DNA of 64,000 nucleotides from contig NC_047075.1 of the NCBI RefSeq assembly GCF_902459465.1, positions 9,796,001 to 9,860,000 on the forward strand, read 5' to 3'. The translations under genes were made by a program, and so were the position numbers. Positions 1-9,904 of the stretch are shown one piece after another. This DNA comes from Asterias rubens. Lineage: Eukaryota. The first letter of the stretch is position 1. Every line of letters starts with the position of its first letter. Under the pieces are notes generated by a model. It was not told the DNA's origin and did not search any database. It was given only the letters and a program-made list of their open reading frames with translations.

Positions 1-1
1 A

Positions 2-154
2 CACTTCAGCTTGGTGAAGCATGGGAACCTTCGTCTGGACATGCACATTGCCTCACCGCTCGAAGAAACCATCAACATCATCATCTATGCCGAGTTCAAC
101 AACATATTAGAGATTGATCAAGCTCGTAACATCATCTTCGACTACAACAGCTAG
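2..154 (+). CDS. C-terminus of Polinton major capsid protein (double jelly-roll, PY-type), 5' end outside the window
   Basis: Frame 2 reads HFSLVKHGNLRLDMHIASPLEETINIIIYAEFNNILEIDQARNIIFDYNS*, recognised as the Polinton MCP C-terminal motif (GNLRL...YAEF.N.LEID..RN...DY). Lies immediately upstream of the protease. Confidence 0.8.
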   Translation, partial: HFSLVKHGNLRLDMHIASPLEETINIIIYAEFNNILEIDQARNIIFDYNS

Positions 155-165
155 ACGGAACGATC

Positions 166-623
166 ATGGATACCAACGAGATAACGTTGATCTCCAAGAG
201 AGGCCGCATTACCCGCCAAGTCTTCAGGGGAGTGTTTGCGAGTGATAGAATACCGAAACATCACCTCCCGCATCCAAGCGCCATTGTTATCAACACGGAT
301 CCCTCAACTAGACAAGGACAGCACTGGGTTGCTGTTTACATCACCAGGGACGGTGTGGGAGAATACTTTGATTCTTACGGAGAACCCCCAAGCCTGCCGT
401 CTATCACAGTTTTTCTCAAAAGAACACTCGTCAGACTGTACATAATCGTACTAACTTACACGGCCCACTGTCAGCTGTATGCGGTCAATATTCTCTGTTT
501 TTCATATTACACCGTTGTCGGCACATCCACATGGACACCATCGTTGGGTTTTTCTAAACCGATAAAGGGGGAAATGATGTAGCAGTAAACGATTTTGTCA
601 GAAATTTTTTTTCAAAACTTTAA
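166..623 (+). pseudogene. Polinton adenain-like cysteine maturation protease, frameshifted
   Basis: Motifs INTD...GQHW...YFDSYG are in frame 1. After a shift at the A-run 418-421 the reading continues KNTRQTVHNRTNLHGPLSAVCGQYSLFFILHRCR (catalytic Cys in VCGQY). In-frame TAA at 555-557, then TDKGGNDVAVNDFVRNFFSKL* ending at 623. Confidence 0.85.
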
Positions 624-1168
624 CACAAAGGTGTACGACTTGTCCTTTGTTTCGCGACAAATTTCAAAGTCCTTGGCTTAAACAGTAGGAGGTGGATTGG
701 ATGAGTAGTGTGCTTCTTTAATTATGTATGATAAGGGCATGGATCATTTAATACACCTTTGATGTCGGGGGAGGGGGGGGTCTTTATAATTTTAAGTAAC
801 GTTAATAATCAGTAGGGTGGTTTACTCAATCAAGTTTAGAAAGCCGAGTTAATTAATTGTGTGTCTTTTTTTCTTTTCTTTATTTGTTGTTCGTTGTCCC
901 TGTAGGACTCCCCCACCCCTTTCAAAGTTTGAATAATGTTTAACCCCAATCCTATTTCACGTTTACTTGTGACTATCATTGAGTAACCGGCCCTTCAGAA
1001 AACGCACACAAAGATAACGTACGACGGACACAAATCATATAGTTTCTTTAAAAGAAAAACAGCTTTAATGACAACAATTACATGTCTTACAACTCAAGTT
1101 ACAATTTTAACATATGAAAGTAACAAACTATTGGAAATGTGTACAATAAGTTACACCGGTACTTTTCG

Positions 1169-1627
1169 TTATGCACAATGAGATGCCATAACACAATCTA
1201 AGAGTCTGGTGACGTTGAGAAACGACCACGAATTGAATGTCTGTGCGATGTCCTCGGTTTCGTTTTCCCAACCCGACAGGATTTCCTGAATGATACCGTT
1301 CAACGTTTCTTTTTAAATATGTTTCGGTTGAGCGAAACCCACGACGACCAAAAGTTGACACACGGCGTAGAATACATCGAAAATCTCATTCGCGTCTATG
1401 GATGACGCCACATTTTCATAATGTTCGGAAACGAAGTCCTCCACGCGGTACTCTGGTGTGTCTCCGAAAAACAGACATGCATTGTCGTCCTGACCGGGCC
1501 AGTTCTCTTGACAGCCTTCGCAGGGAAGTTGTTGTTGTATATGATACACCCTCCGCACTATCTGATCCTTTACTATTTTACCCAGAATCCGCTTGAGGAG
1601 TAGTCTGACTCGTGCTCTACATCGCAT
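1169..1627 (-). pseudogene. Polinton accessory gene with a CxxC...Q..(H/N)xC putative zinc motif, interrupted by one stop
   Basis: ORF 1313-1627 (CEGCQENWPGQDDNAC) continues in the same frame past TAA 1313-1315 as KETLNGIIQEILSGWENETEDIAQTFNSWSFLNVTRLLDCVMASHCA* to 1169. ATTAAA polyA signal on the minus strand at 1064-1069. Confidence 0.55.
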
Positions 1628-1664
1628 GACGTCACCGTCTGGAGCGGAAACAGAAAGGTAACAG

Positions 1665-2257
1665 TTAAGAGTCGGTTATCTTACTCACTGCGTTATTGAT
1701 GTCTGTGGCGTGCCCCATCAACTGGACCCATTGCTCCGCAGGCAGGTTCAAGCCCTTCTTCCCTGCCAACACCTTGCTATGAATTTCATTCCAGTAGTAT
1801 TCTCTGATATTGACGTAAGGACGGCCCTTAAAACGCTTTACCGTAACATAACGCTCACCTCCAATGGGAAACTTGACCGCCTTTCTCTCGTTCTCCTCCT
1901 GGTCAGGATCGGGCTCGAATGTACGCTTTCTGCTTGGCTTTCTGCTTGCGCAGTACCCAGCTCGTTCATGGCGGCTAACAGCACATTGGACGTGGGTTTT
2001 TTGGGCAACATCTTCTGCTCACGCTGGTGGGTAGTAACATCTTGGAGGTTCCAGACGCTGTGTCGTGTGTACACATTAAAATAGTACACCGTGCCGTCCA
2101 GACTCGCGGCTTCACGCCAACCAGCTACTAACATGTCGTGAGGAATATCACGGGTGTTTTCGGTTTCAACTCCTTCACTAGGCGAAGGTGGAGGTGGCTT
2201 CGGTGTCGGACTGTTATTCTGGGCCCGGTCAGTGTTCACCTTTGGAAGAGCAGCCAT
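1665..2257 (-). pseudogene. Polinton accessory gene: Pro-rich segment + WW domain + PC4 (p15/Sub1) ssDNA-binding domain, split by a 1-nt frameshift
   Basis: ATG at 2257 (acaATGg). WW: LVAGWREAASLDGTVYYFNVYTRHSVW. The shifted frame, open from about 2018 to TAA 1665-1667 with no upstream ATG, reads RKPSRKRTFEPDPDQEENERKAVKFPIGGERYVTVKRFKGRPYVNIREYYWNEIHSKVLAGKKGLNLPAEQWVQLMGHATDINNAV, matching the PC4 consensus. Confidence 0.8.
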
Positions 2258-2317
2258 TGTATCGATGTATACCGAGAATCAGCTCTGGTTTCAATACCTT
2301 CGGTATTGAGTGTAAGT

Positions 2318-2350
2318 AATGAATCCTAACTCAAAAATCCGGTTTATATA
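2318..2350 (-). promoter_or_regulatory. TATA box and initiator for the WW-PC4 gene
   Basis: Minus-strand TATATAAA at 2350-2343. Inr-like TCATT has its A at 2320, exactly 30 nt downstream, and the ATG is 63 nt further on. Confidence 0.6.
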
Positions 2351-2391
2351 AGCCGAGAACACTCGCATTTTGTGTATAGGAACGTTCTGGA

Positions 2392-2785
2392 ATCTTGTCC
2401 AGACACGTTTGGCTTTGGGCGTGGCTTCAAAGACCAATCAACCAATAAGAATGAGTATACGGGCACGTATGAGAAACTTGTCCAGACGTGTTTGGTAGCG
2501 GGATGTGACGTCAGAGACCAATGAACTAATCAGAACGAGTCAGAACGAGTATACGAGCCCGTATGATAAACTTGTCCAGACGTGTTTGGTAGCGGGATGT
2601 GACGTTAGAGACCAATGAACTAATCAGAACGAGTCAGAACGAGTATACGAGCCCGTATGATAAACTTGTCCAGACGTGTTTGGTAGCGGGATGTGACGTC
2701 AGAGACCAATGAACTAATCAGAACGAGTATACGAGCCCGTATGATAAACTTGTCCAGACGTGTTTGGTAGCGGGATGTGACGTCA
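2392..2785. repeat. Subterminal tandem repeats of the Polinton (units of 94, 94 and 84 bp, a partial unit and one diverged unit)
   Basis: Unit aaacttgtccagacgtgtttggtagcgggatgtgacgtcagagaccaatgaac... starts at 2474, 2568, 2662 and 2746. Diverged copy at 2392-2473. Units carry TGACGTCA and CCAAT. Confidence 0.95.
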
Positions 2786-3459
2786 TACAAGGTACTTCAC
2801 CACCTTGTCACACAGCCGTTGAATTTAATCATTTAATAAGTGCAGACATAAGCGACTTCATTAGTAATACATAACACCAAATCCAAGGGTGACACCGGCC
2901 TACACAGACGGGGTAGCACTAGAGACAACGGGTGAGATAAATAAATTTGAATCTGCAAACACACATATACATAAACACATTCTAATCCTCGACCAACCCT
3001 TTTTATTCTTCAACGACGGTTGTCAGACGTCGTGGAATCAACCGCTTTGTTTTCACTTCGTGAAAATACAACCGAGACGTATACGTCTCGGTTGTGCTGC
3101 GTGGTTTTGTCATGCTGCGCTTCGTGATTTTAAAAAATCACTAACGCACCGCGAACTGAGTACAAACAATAACGGTTTGCACTCAGTTACACTGTCGTGA
3201 GACAACTACTGCGGTGTTTTTCAAACACCACTCAACATAATGCCATGCATCATGTTAACCCCCCCTTCCCCACGTATCGGCCCTTCGGGCCTCCCGAACA
3301 CTGCCGTGGGCCAAACCCTTTACCACTGCGTGGCTCGCCCTAATTGCATTAGCCCACTTCCGCCTGGGTCGGCACACCCAGCCTACCACCGCTGCGCGCA
3401 TGCGCGCTAGTCGCTTGCAGGACTGGCACGGGGGTGTGCGTTCCTTCATCTATACTACT

Positions 3460-3535
3460 AACCTCTCCCCATTACTCGTTACCAAGTAAGGTTTTATGCT
3501 AATAATTATTTTGAGTAATTACCAAAAGTGTCCGA
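3460..3535 (-). mobile_element. TTAA-MITE fragment interrupted by the Polinton
   Basis: aacctctccccattactcgttaccaagtaaggttttatgctaataattattttgagtaattaccaaaagtgtcc matches the terminal portion of the MITE copies elsewhere in the window. Confidence 0.85.
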
Positions 3536-4381
3536 TGGCCACAATTCTTTATTTTGTTATTATTTTTTTAATTTTATTTTCTATGTTTTTATTCGGTGAG
3601 ATTTGGGCCCAGTGTCATAGAGCTGCTAAGCACACAAATGTGCTTAGCATAAAATGTTTGCCTCGATAAAAACAGGATTAGCCTACCAACCATATTACGA
3701 GTTGATACAAATCACTTCCTCATTCACGAGGCAACATTTTGCAATATGCACCAAAATGTAGATTTGAGATCTACAGGAAGCACTTAAGTGTAGATCCACT
3801 GCCTTCAAGTCAGATAGACTGTTGCGTTTAGGATTCAACTTCCGTTTTGTATCAAATGTTGATGGTCAGTGTTCTATACATCCTTGTGTCGTGCTGTCCT
3901 GTCACGGAAATTGTCTAAATCTTTGAGAAAGATACACAATTCTCTAATCTCTTGAAAAACAAACGACGATATTCCAATAATATTTTCGCGTTGCCCAGCC
4001 GCGACCCAACTGGTAGCGCAGCCAAAGGCAATTAATAGTAATGTCGTACACGAAATAGTAAATGTATATTACGGGCAACTGAACACAGGTAATGGCCTAG
4101 TACGATGCAATGCTTAGGGATTTACAGTTCGGCCAGTCGGTATTCACTGCTGGTTAATGACCTTGATTGGTTGCTGACCGCTGCTAATGGACCTAGCCGA
4201 TGCTCGGCTCCATTAAAGGGGCTGAACGCTATTGGTAATTTCTCAAAATAACTGTTGGCCCGAAAACTTACTTGGTAACGGGCAATGTAGAGCTGATGTT
4301 TGTATAAAACAGTGTGAGAAACTGCTCTCCTCTGAAGTTGCGTGGTTTTTAAGAAAGAGGTAATTTCAATAATATAAATAC

Positions 4382-4740
4382 TTAAAGACACTGGACACCT
4401 TTATAATTTGTCAAGACCAGTCTTCTCACTTGGGTATCTCAACATCTACACAAAATAACAAACCTGTGAAAAATTTGAGCTCAATTGGTCGTCGAAGATG
4501 CGAGAGAATGGACGAAAAAACACCCTTGTACAAGTTGTATGCTTTCAGATGCTTGAATTCGCGATCTCGGCAGCTGAGGTCTCTTAGATTCAATTTTAGT
4601 GAGGAACTATGTCTTTCTCAAAAACTACAATACTTTAGAGGGAGCCGTTTCTCACAACGTTTTTGTTTTAAGATATCAACAGCTCCATTGCTCGTTACCA
4701 AGCAATTTTTGATGCTACTAATAATTATTTTGAGCAAGGA
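4382..4740 (-). mobile_element. Kolobok/T2-like TTAA MITE, truncated
   Basis: Begins ttaaagacactggacac; internal sequence matches the MITE family. Confidence 0.8.
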
Positions 4741-4916
4741 TCAATGTTGTCCTATGCCTTTCACAGCGGACAGCCACTCACCATGAACTATAAACTGTTA
4801 TCATCTAAGCGAACCATTAATGTACTATGAAACAGCAAACGGCCATCCGATAATCATATTTCAGCATGAGGTCACGCCCATGAAAAACAATACTTCCTTG
4901 TTCCGCTTAGCCTAGG

Positions 4917-4924
4917 TATAAAAA
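4917..4924 (+). promoter_or_regulatory. Candidate TATA box of the Ly6/uPAR gene
   Basis: TATAAAAA about 100 nt upstream of the signal-peptide ATG at 5024. Confidence 0.4.
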
Positions 4925-5023
4925 ACAATCAGATGTATGCACTGCTTCATTAGCGCCCTGGCCTACGACTTCTAAAAACTTCCACTAGCCACGATAAGCA
5001 AAATCACAAAGAACAACGTCAAC

Positions 5024-5066
5024 ATGAAGACTGTACTATTTGCTCTCGTATTTACTTCGTGTGTTG
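5024..5066 (+). pseudogene. Ly6/uPAR-like gene, exon 1 (signal peptide)
   Basis: caacATG MKTVLFALVFTSCV+G followed by a perfect phase-1 donor GTAAGT at 5067, matching the phase of the exon at 8680. Confidence 0.6.
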
Positions 5067-5105
5067 GTAAGTTACCTCGTAGAACATTTTAGTTATTACA
5101 TAACT

Positions 5106-5503
5106 TTAAAGGCAGTGGACACTATTGGTCATCACTCAAAATAATTATTAGATGAAAACTTTACTTGGTAACGAGTAATGGGGAGCTGTTGATAGTAAAA
5201 CAAAATACAAAAACATTGTGAGAAGCGGCTCCCTCTGAAATAACGTAGTTTTCAAGAAAGAAGTAATTTTCCACGACATTGATTACGAGAACTCAAAATT
5301 AGATTTTGAGGTCTCGAAATCAAGCATCTGAAAGCACACAACTTCGTGTGAAAAGGGTGTTTTTTCTTTCATAATAACTCGCGAATTTGACGACCATTGA
5401 ATTCAAATTTTCACAGGTTTGTTATTTTATCCCTAATATGTTGAGCTACACCAAGTGAGAAGACTGGCCTTTAACAATTACCAATAGTGTCCATTGTCTT
5501 TCA
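5106..5503 (+). mobile_element. Kolobok/T2-like TTAA MITE (about 390 bp)
   Basis: TIR ttaaaggcagtggacactattggt ... accaatagtgtccattgtctttcaa; no coding capacity. Confidence 0.85.
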
Positions 5504-5610
5504 AGTGAATACTATTTGCGACCTTATGAATGTGAATTATCGAATTTGACCACTGCCAAACTTAAATGAGATGGATGTTACGTTGATAGAGTGTTTTTTC
5601 GTTGTTAAAA

Positions 5611-5880
5611 TTGGCAAGGAAAAAAATAGTTGAAACTGGACGGGAAAACTGTTGTTGAAATTTGTCAGGAAAATCTTGTTGAGTTTGGCCGGTAAAACCT
5701 TTTTGAAATTGGCCGGTAAAACATGACTGAAATTGGCCGGCAAAACTTTGTTGAAGTTGGATGGTAAAACCTTGGAGAAATTGGCAGGAACAACTTCATT
5801 GAGTGTCCAGGAAAATCTTTTAGAATTTGGCCTGGAAAATCTTGTAGAAATCGTCCGGTAAAACCTGGTTGATTGGAGCC
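5611..5880. repeat. Degenerate 24-bp minisatellite (about 11 units)
   Basis: Units such as ggccggtaaaacctttttgaaatt / ggccggtaaaacatgactgaaatt / ggccggcaaaactttgttgaagtt. Confidence 0.8.
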
Positions 5881-6352
5881 CACAGTCTATTGGTTAATAT
5901 TAGTACTACATGGCACTGATCAGACAATTGTATTACCATGTTGAGAAATTTTGTTGCCCAATCGTGAAGTAAAAACACAACGCTTGCAGGCAACCCTGCG
6001 CTTTTATTGTTGCCACGTTTTAAGGGAAGGTACTCCTTCACGTGGTCTCTTTCGTAAACCCAAGTGTGCAAACTACGTTTTTACAACCTTTTCAAAATCA
6101 CGGCTTGTGCTTGGGGTTCGGCTTGGGTTACATCCGTTCGGTTCAGGAAGTAACCGATGGAGCTCAAGAACGAAATGTAGTTTCAAAAAGGGCCCGTGTA
6201 AAAGGCGCCCAGTGAAGGGCTACTCGTGTTACGTTGGGCGGATGTGATTTCTAACCTTCTAAACTGTGAGGTATATCCACTTGCAGTGATTTTTAAAAGC
6301 ATTCGTGCTGCAGCGAAGTCAAGGCTCAGCAATCTGCAAGATATTCATTTCA

Positions 6353-6880
6353 TTCAAGTTTCAGCATATCACTGTTAAAGGCACTGAACGCGTTTGGTAA
6401 TTGTCAAAGACCACCTGGTGTATCTCAACATATGCATAAATTAACAAACCTGTGAAAATTTGAGCTCAATTGGTAATTGAAGTTTCAAGAAAATGATGAA
6501 AGAAAAAAAAAAACTGGTAGTACAAAATAGTGTGGGTTAGGATAGGAATAAAAAGCTTCTGGTACGGAAGTCTTTCATTAGTTTAGTGAGAAATTACCTC
6601 TTTCTCAAAAACTTTCTTCAAGTTTCAGCATATCACTGTTAAAGGCACTGAACGCGTTTTGGTAATTGTCAAAGACCACCTGGTGTATCTCAACATATGC
6701 ATAAATTAACAAACCTGTGAAAATTTGAGCTCAATTGGTAATTGAAGTTTCAAGAAAATGATGAAAGAAAAAAAAAATGGTAGTACAAAATAGTGTGGGT
6801 TAAGATAGTAATAAAAAGCTTCTGGTACGGAAGTCTTTCATTAGTTTAGTGAGAAATTACCTCTTTCTCAAAAAACTACT
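6353..6880. repeat. 264-bp direct tandem duplication covering a MITE end plus flanking DNA
   Basis: ttcaagtttcagcatatcactgttaaaggcactgaacgcg... starts at 6353 and again at 6617, near-identical. Confidence 0.9.
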
Positions 6881-7016
6881 TTACTTCTTAGGGAGTCGTT
6901 TCTCACAATGTTTTACACTATCAATAGCTCTCCATTGATTGTTACCAAGTATTACCACGTAAGGTTTTATGCTAATATAGATTTTGAGTATTACCAATAG
7001 TGTCCAGTGCCTTTAA
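6639..7016 (-). mobile_element. Kolobok/T2-like TTAA MITE
   Basis: ttaaaggcactgaac ... gtgtccagtgcctttaa termini. Confidence 0.85.
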
Positions 7017-7432
7017 CCCGTGCAGTGATGCACTGTCCCTGTCAGATATACACGACTGACATTGGTTTAATTGCAGTCTAAAGAATCAAATTTTTGTGGA
7101 TATAAATTTATGTTATATTCAAATAACCTGTACTTAGATGTTAAAAGTTTCCCAAAAGCATTGTAATTACCTGAAACATGCTTTTCTTTAAAAAAAATAG
7201 ATAATTTCACACTCATTTATGCTTCCGGACTGAAGCCTTTTATTCGGCATCAGAAAACACACAACATTGTGCAACACGAGTGTTTTCCCTCGCATTATAA
7301 TTCATTGCAACTTAGATGAGTCCGAATGTTAACAGATTCGTTATTGTATGCATGTTGGGATATACCAAGTGAGAATACTGGTCTTTGACAATTACCATGT
7401 GTTCAGGGCCATTAAGCACAGAATAGTATTGC

Positions 7433-7794
7433 TTAAAGGGAAGGTACACGTTTGGTAATTACTCAAAACAAATATTGACTTAAAAACTGACTTGTTAACG
7501 AGCATTGGAGAGCTGTTGATAGTATAAAACATTGTGGGAAACGATTCCGGTTTTCGAGAAAGAGGTAATTTCTCTCTAAAATAATAAAATACTTCTAGCT
7601 AGAAGTCTTTTATTCTTATTTGAAAGCACACAAATGCGTCCAACAAGGGTGTTTTTTCTGTCATCATTTTCTCGCAACTTCAATGACCGATTGAGCCCAA
7701 ATTTTCACAGGCTTGTTATTTTATGGTTATGATGGGACACACCAAGTGAGAAGGCTGGTATTTGACAATTACCAAACATGTACCTTCCCTTTAA
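7433..7794 (+). mobile_element. TTAA MITE, subfamily with variant TIR
   Basis: ttaaagggaaggtacacgtttggtaatt ... aattaccaaacatgtaccttccctttaa; internal sequence homologous to the main family. Confidence 0.9.
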
Positions 7795-8088
7795 CAGAAA
7801 CAAGTTTGTACTAGCCCTTGTTTTCATTGTTGTGGCTGGTGCCAAACTCTGAGATCTTTCTCTCCCGCACTTTATCTGTGATACAGCTTTTGTATAAGAG
7901 TGCCATCTTATTTTGCTAAGCAACAACATTTTGGCTAGCAGTATTTTCTGCTTAAAGAGCTCTGTGGAATACTAAGCTTTGACAAAGACCAAATGTGTCC
8001 AGTGCCTTTAATGAGTTGATTGCGTTCGATTACTTGTAATAATATAACCAATACAAACATAACCAGTTTCTTAGCAGTTTCATTTTTT

Positions 8089-8404
8089 CACGCCCGATAG
8101 GCGTCTCAAAGCGCTTCCAACATTACTACCACTTTGGTCACTGGGCCGAACTAAATCATTCCTTTAACCATCTCAGCTACCTGGGCAGTGTACAGCCCTG
8201 TGCAACACTGATATGCGCTAATCGGCTAAACCAATCACAAGAATCATCTCTGCCCTCACATGTACCCATTTTACCCATGGATAGAGAGTTCAGATAGGTG
8301 TCTTTGCTCAGGGACACAAGTGTCACGAACGGGACTCGAACCCACACGCTGCTGAAACACCAGAGCTTGAATGATGTGCCTTTTTTCTGAGTTGCCACGA
8401 CACC
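8089..8404 (-). mobile_element. tRNA-derived SINE (same family as 55827-56224), partially deleted
   Basis: Reverse complement contains gtgtcgtggc...gggttcgagtcccgttcgtgacacttgtgtccctgagcaaagacac...ggtaaaatgggtac...aagcgctttgagacgcc. Confidence 0.75.
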
Positions 8405-8507
8405 ATACATGCTCTCTTATGGTTTGAATACGAAACTCATGGTCTGGTGTTTTTGTTCAGCAGGGTTGTGGGTTTGAGTCCCTGTCACGACACGCTGCCA
8501 CAGTGTC

Positions 8508-8644
8508 GGGCTTTCGGGACGCTTGGTGGCAGCAGACCTAGCAGGTAAAGTCAATTGTTCTCGGTAATACGCGCATGCTCAGAGCTACGTAAACAATGGA
8601 CATTTACCTGGTAAGTCTGCTGCCACCTAGCGTTCCAAAGTCCC
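8508..8644. repeat. Small foldback (MITE-like) element with about 50-bp imperfect arms
   Basis: gggacgcttggtggcagcagacctagcaggtaaa ... tttacctggtaagtctgctgccacctagcgttcc. Confidence 0.75.
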
Positions 8645-8679
8645 TCATTAGTCACAATTATTGTAATTCCCGTTTGCAG

Positions 8680-8797
8680 GGAGTCTGTTTGCCGTCGAAT
8701 GCTACACCTGCCTCTACTCGCCCGGGTCAGGGGGTGGTTTTTTTGGTAGTTCATCGCAACTTCCCAATCGACCGTATCGTGTAACGGCGCGTGTGCT
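8680..8797 (+). pseudogene. Ly6/uPAR-like gene, exon 2 (frameshifted)
   Basis: Acceptor ttcccgtttgcag. Reads GSLFAVECYTCLYSPGSGGGFFG, then a 1-nt loss near 8750 gives FIATSQSTVSCNGACA, then donor GTAAGT at 8798. Confidence 0.7.
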
Positions 8798-9273
8798 GTA
8801 AGTGCAATTCTGCATCTATTTTAAGTGTTGTCTTAGGTCAATGCTTTAGTCCTTTTTTTCACCGTGAGGCCATCTTGAATTTCTCCAATTGGTATCAATT
8901 TAACAAACCGAGGCTGGAAGAACCAAATAGTCTGGTTCCTATTTTCAACATGAGTATAGCCTTCATTATTGTTATCCTATAACCGATGTGACCTCTGACG
9001 TCACACGAAAACCGTCAGCCAGCTAGAAAGTGTATGCAATCTTACCATGACTACGCGTCTTTTTGCCCTGTGAAACATTACGTATACAGTGTTTTCAACA
9101 GAGGGCGGTTTTAATGTAAACATAGGTCACATTGTATACAGTTACGAAGAACAAGATGGAGGCAGCATGATAACGGTCTCGAGACCTTTATCGTAAGTCC
9201 TAAGATTAAACCAAGTTAGGAAGAATTTTGCTGGAACAACGAATGGCACGTAAACCGATGACATAAACGAGAC

Positions 9274-9904
9274 TTAAAGGCACTGGACACTATTATTGGT
9301 AACTACTCAACATTATTGTTAGCATAAAAACTTAACGAGTAATGGAGAGCTGTTGATAGTATTAAGCATTGTGAGAAAGGCTCCCTCTGAAGTAACGCAG
9401 TTTTTGAGAAAGAATTAATTTCTCACTGAAATATTTGAATTGAATTCAAACCTCAGCCGATAAGGTCTCGAATTCAAACATTTGAAAGCACAAAACTTGT
9501 GGGACAAGGGTGTTTTTCTACTGTTATCTTCTCGCAACTTTGGTGAATTTGTGAAAGAAAGACAACGCGTTATTGTTGCATTACTTTGTGTGTTTTCAGA
9601 TACATAAGAACAGGTTTCAATTGAAGTCTTTTACTATTTGAGTGAGAAGTTACCTCCTTCTTAAAAAGTACGTTACTTCAGAGGGAGCCGTTTCTCACAA
9701 TGTTTTATACTACCTTTAGCTACCGGGAAATATCGATGGTCTAGTTGGTAAATACGACACTGCTCTAGAATTGCAAAGGTCATGGGTTCGAATTCCACCC
9801 CAGTATTGTGCCTATGATCAACGACTCCCCATTACTTCTCACCAAGTAAGGCTTTTGCAAACAATTATTTTGAGTAAAATTACCAACAGTGTCCAGTGCC
9901 TTAA
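9274..9904. mobile_element. Two head-to-head partial TTAA MITEs with a tRNA-like insert
   Basis: ttaaaggcactggacac at 9274 (+ half copy); minus-oriented half copy ends gtccagtgccttaa at 9904. Confidence 0.7.
9725..9802 (+). mobile_element. tRNA-like SINE head (Pol III A and B boxes) inserted in a MITE
   Basis: A box tggtctagttgg at 9737-9748, B box ggttcgaattcc at 9785-9796; no intact cloverleaf discernible. Confidence 0.6.

Larger units (their letters stand above)
1..3459. mobile_element. Right end of a degenerate Polinton/Maverick (adintovirus-like) element
   Basis: Capsid C-terminus followed by adenain protease, accessory ORFs, subterminal tandem repeats and GC-rich hairpins. Ends in ACTACT (3454-3459), the reverse complement of the AGTAGT Polinton terminus, directly abutting MITE sequence. 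Confidence 0.85.

Noticed and set aside
1993-2004. Programmed -1 frameshift at CCCAAAAAAC joining WW and PC4
   Set aside because: The heptamers are not in the X XXY YYZ register of the upstream frame, and neighbouring element genes are also decayed, so a simple deletion is more parsimonious.
5537-5883. Repetitive 68-72-aa ORFs
   Set aside because: By-products of the 24-bp minisatellite, with no splice or domain support.
8596-8784. ORF or alternative first exon (ATGGACATTTACCTG|GTAAGT) for the Ly6 gene
   Set aside because: It lies in the arm of a foldback element and is phase 0, which puts exon 2 out of the Cys-rich frame.
9725-9802. Functional tRNA gene
   Set aside because: A and B boxes are present but no convincing acceptor or anticodon stems; it is embedded in a MITE and best read as a SINE head.
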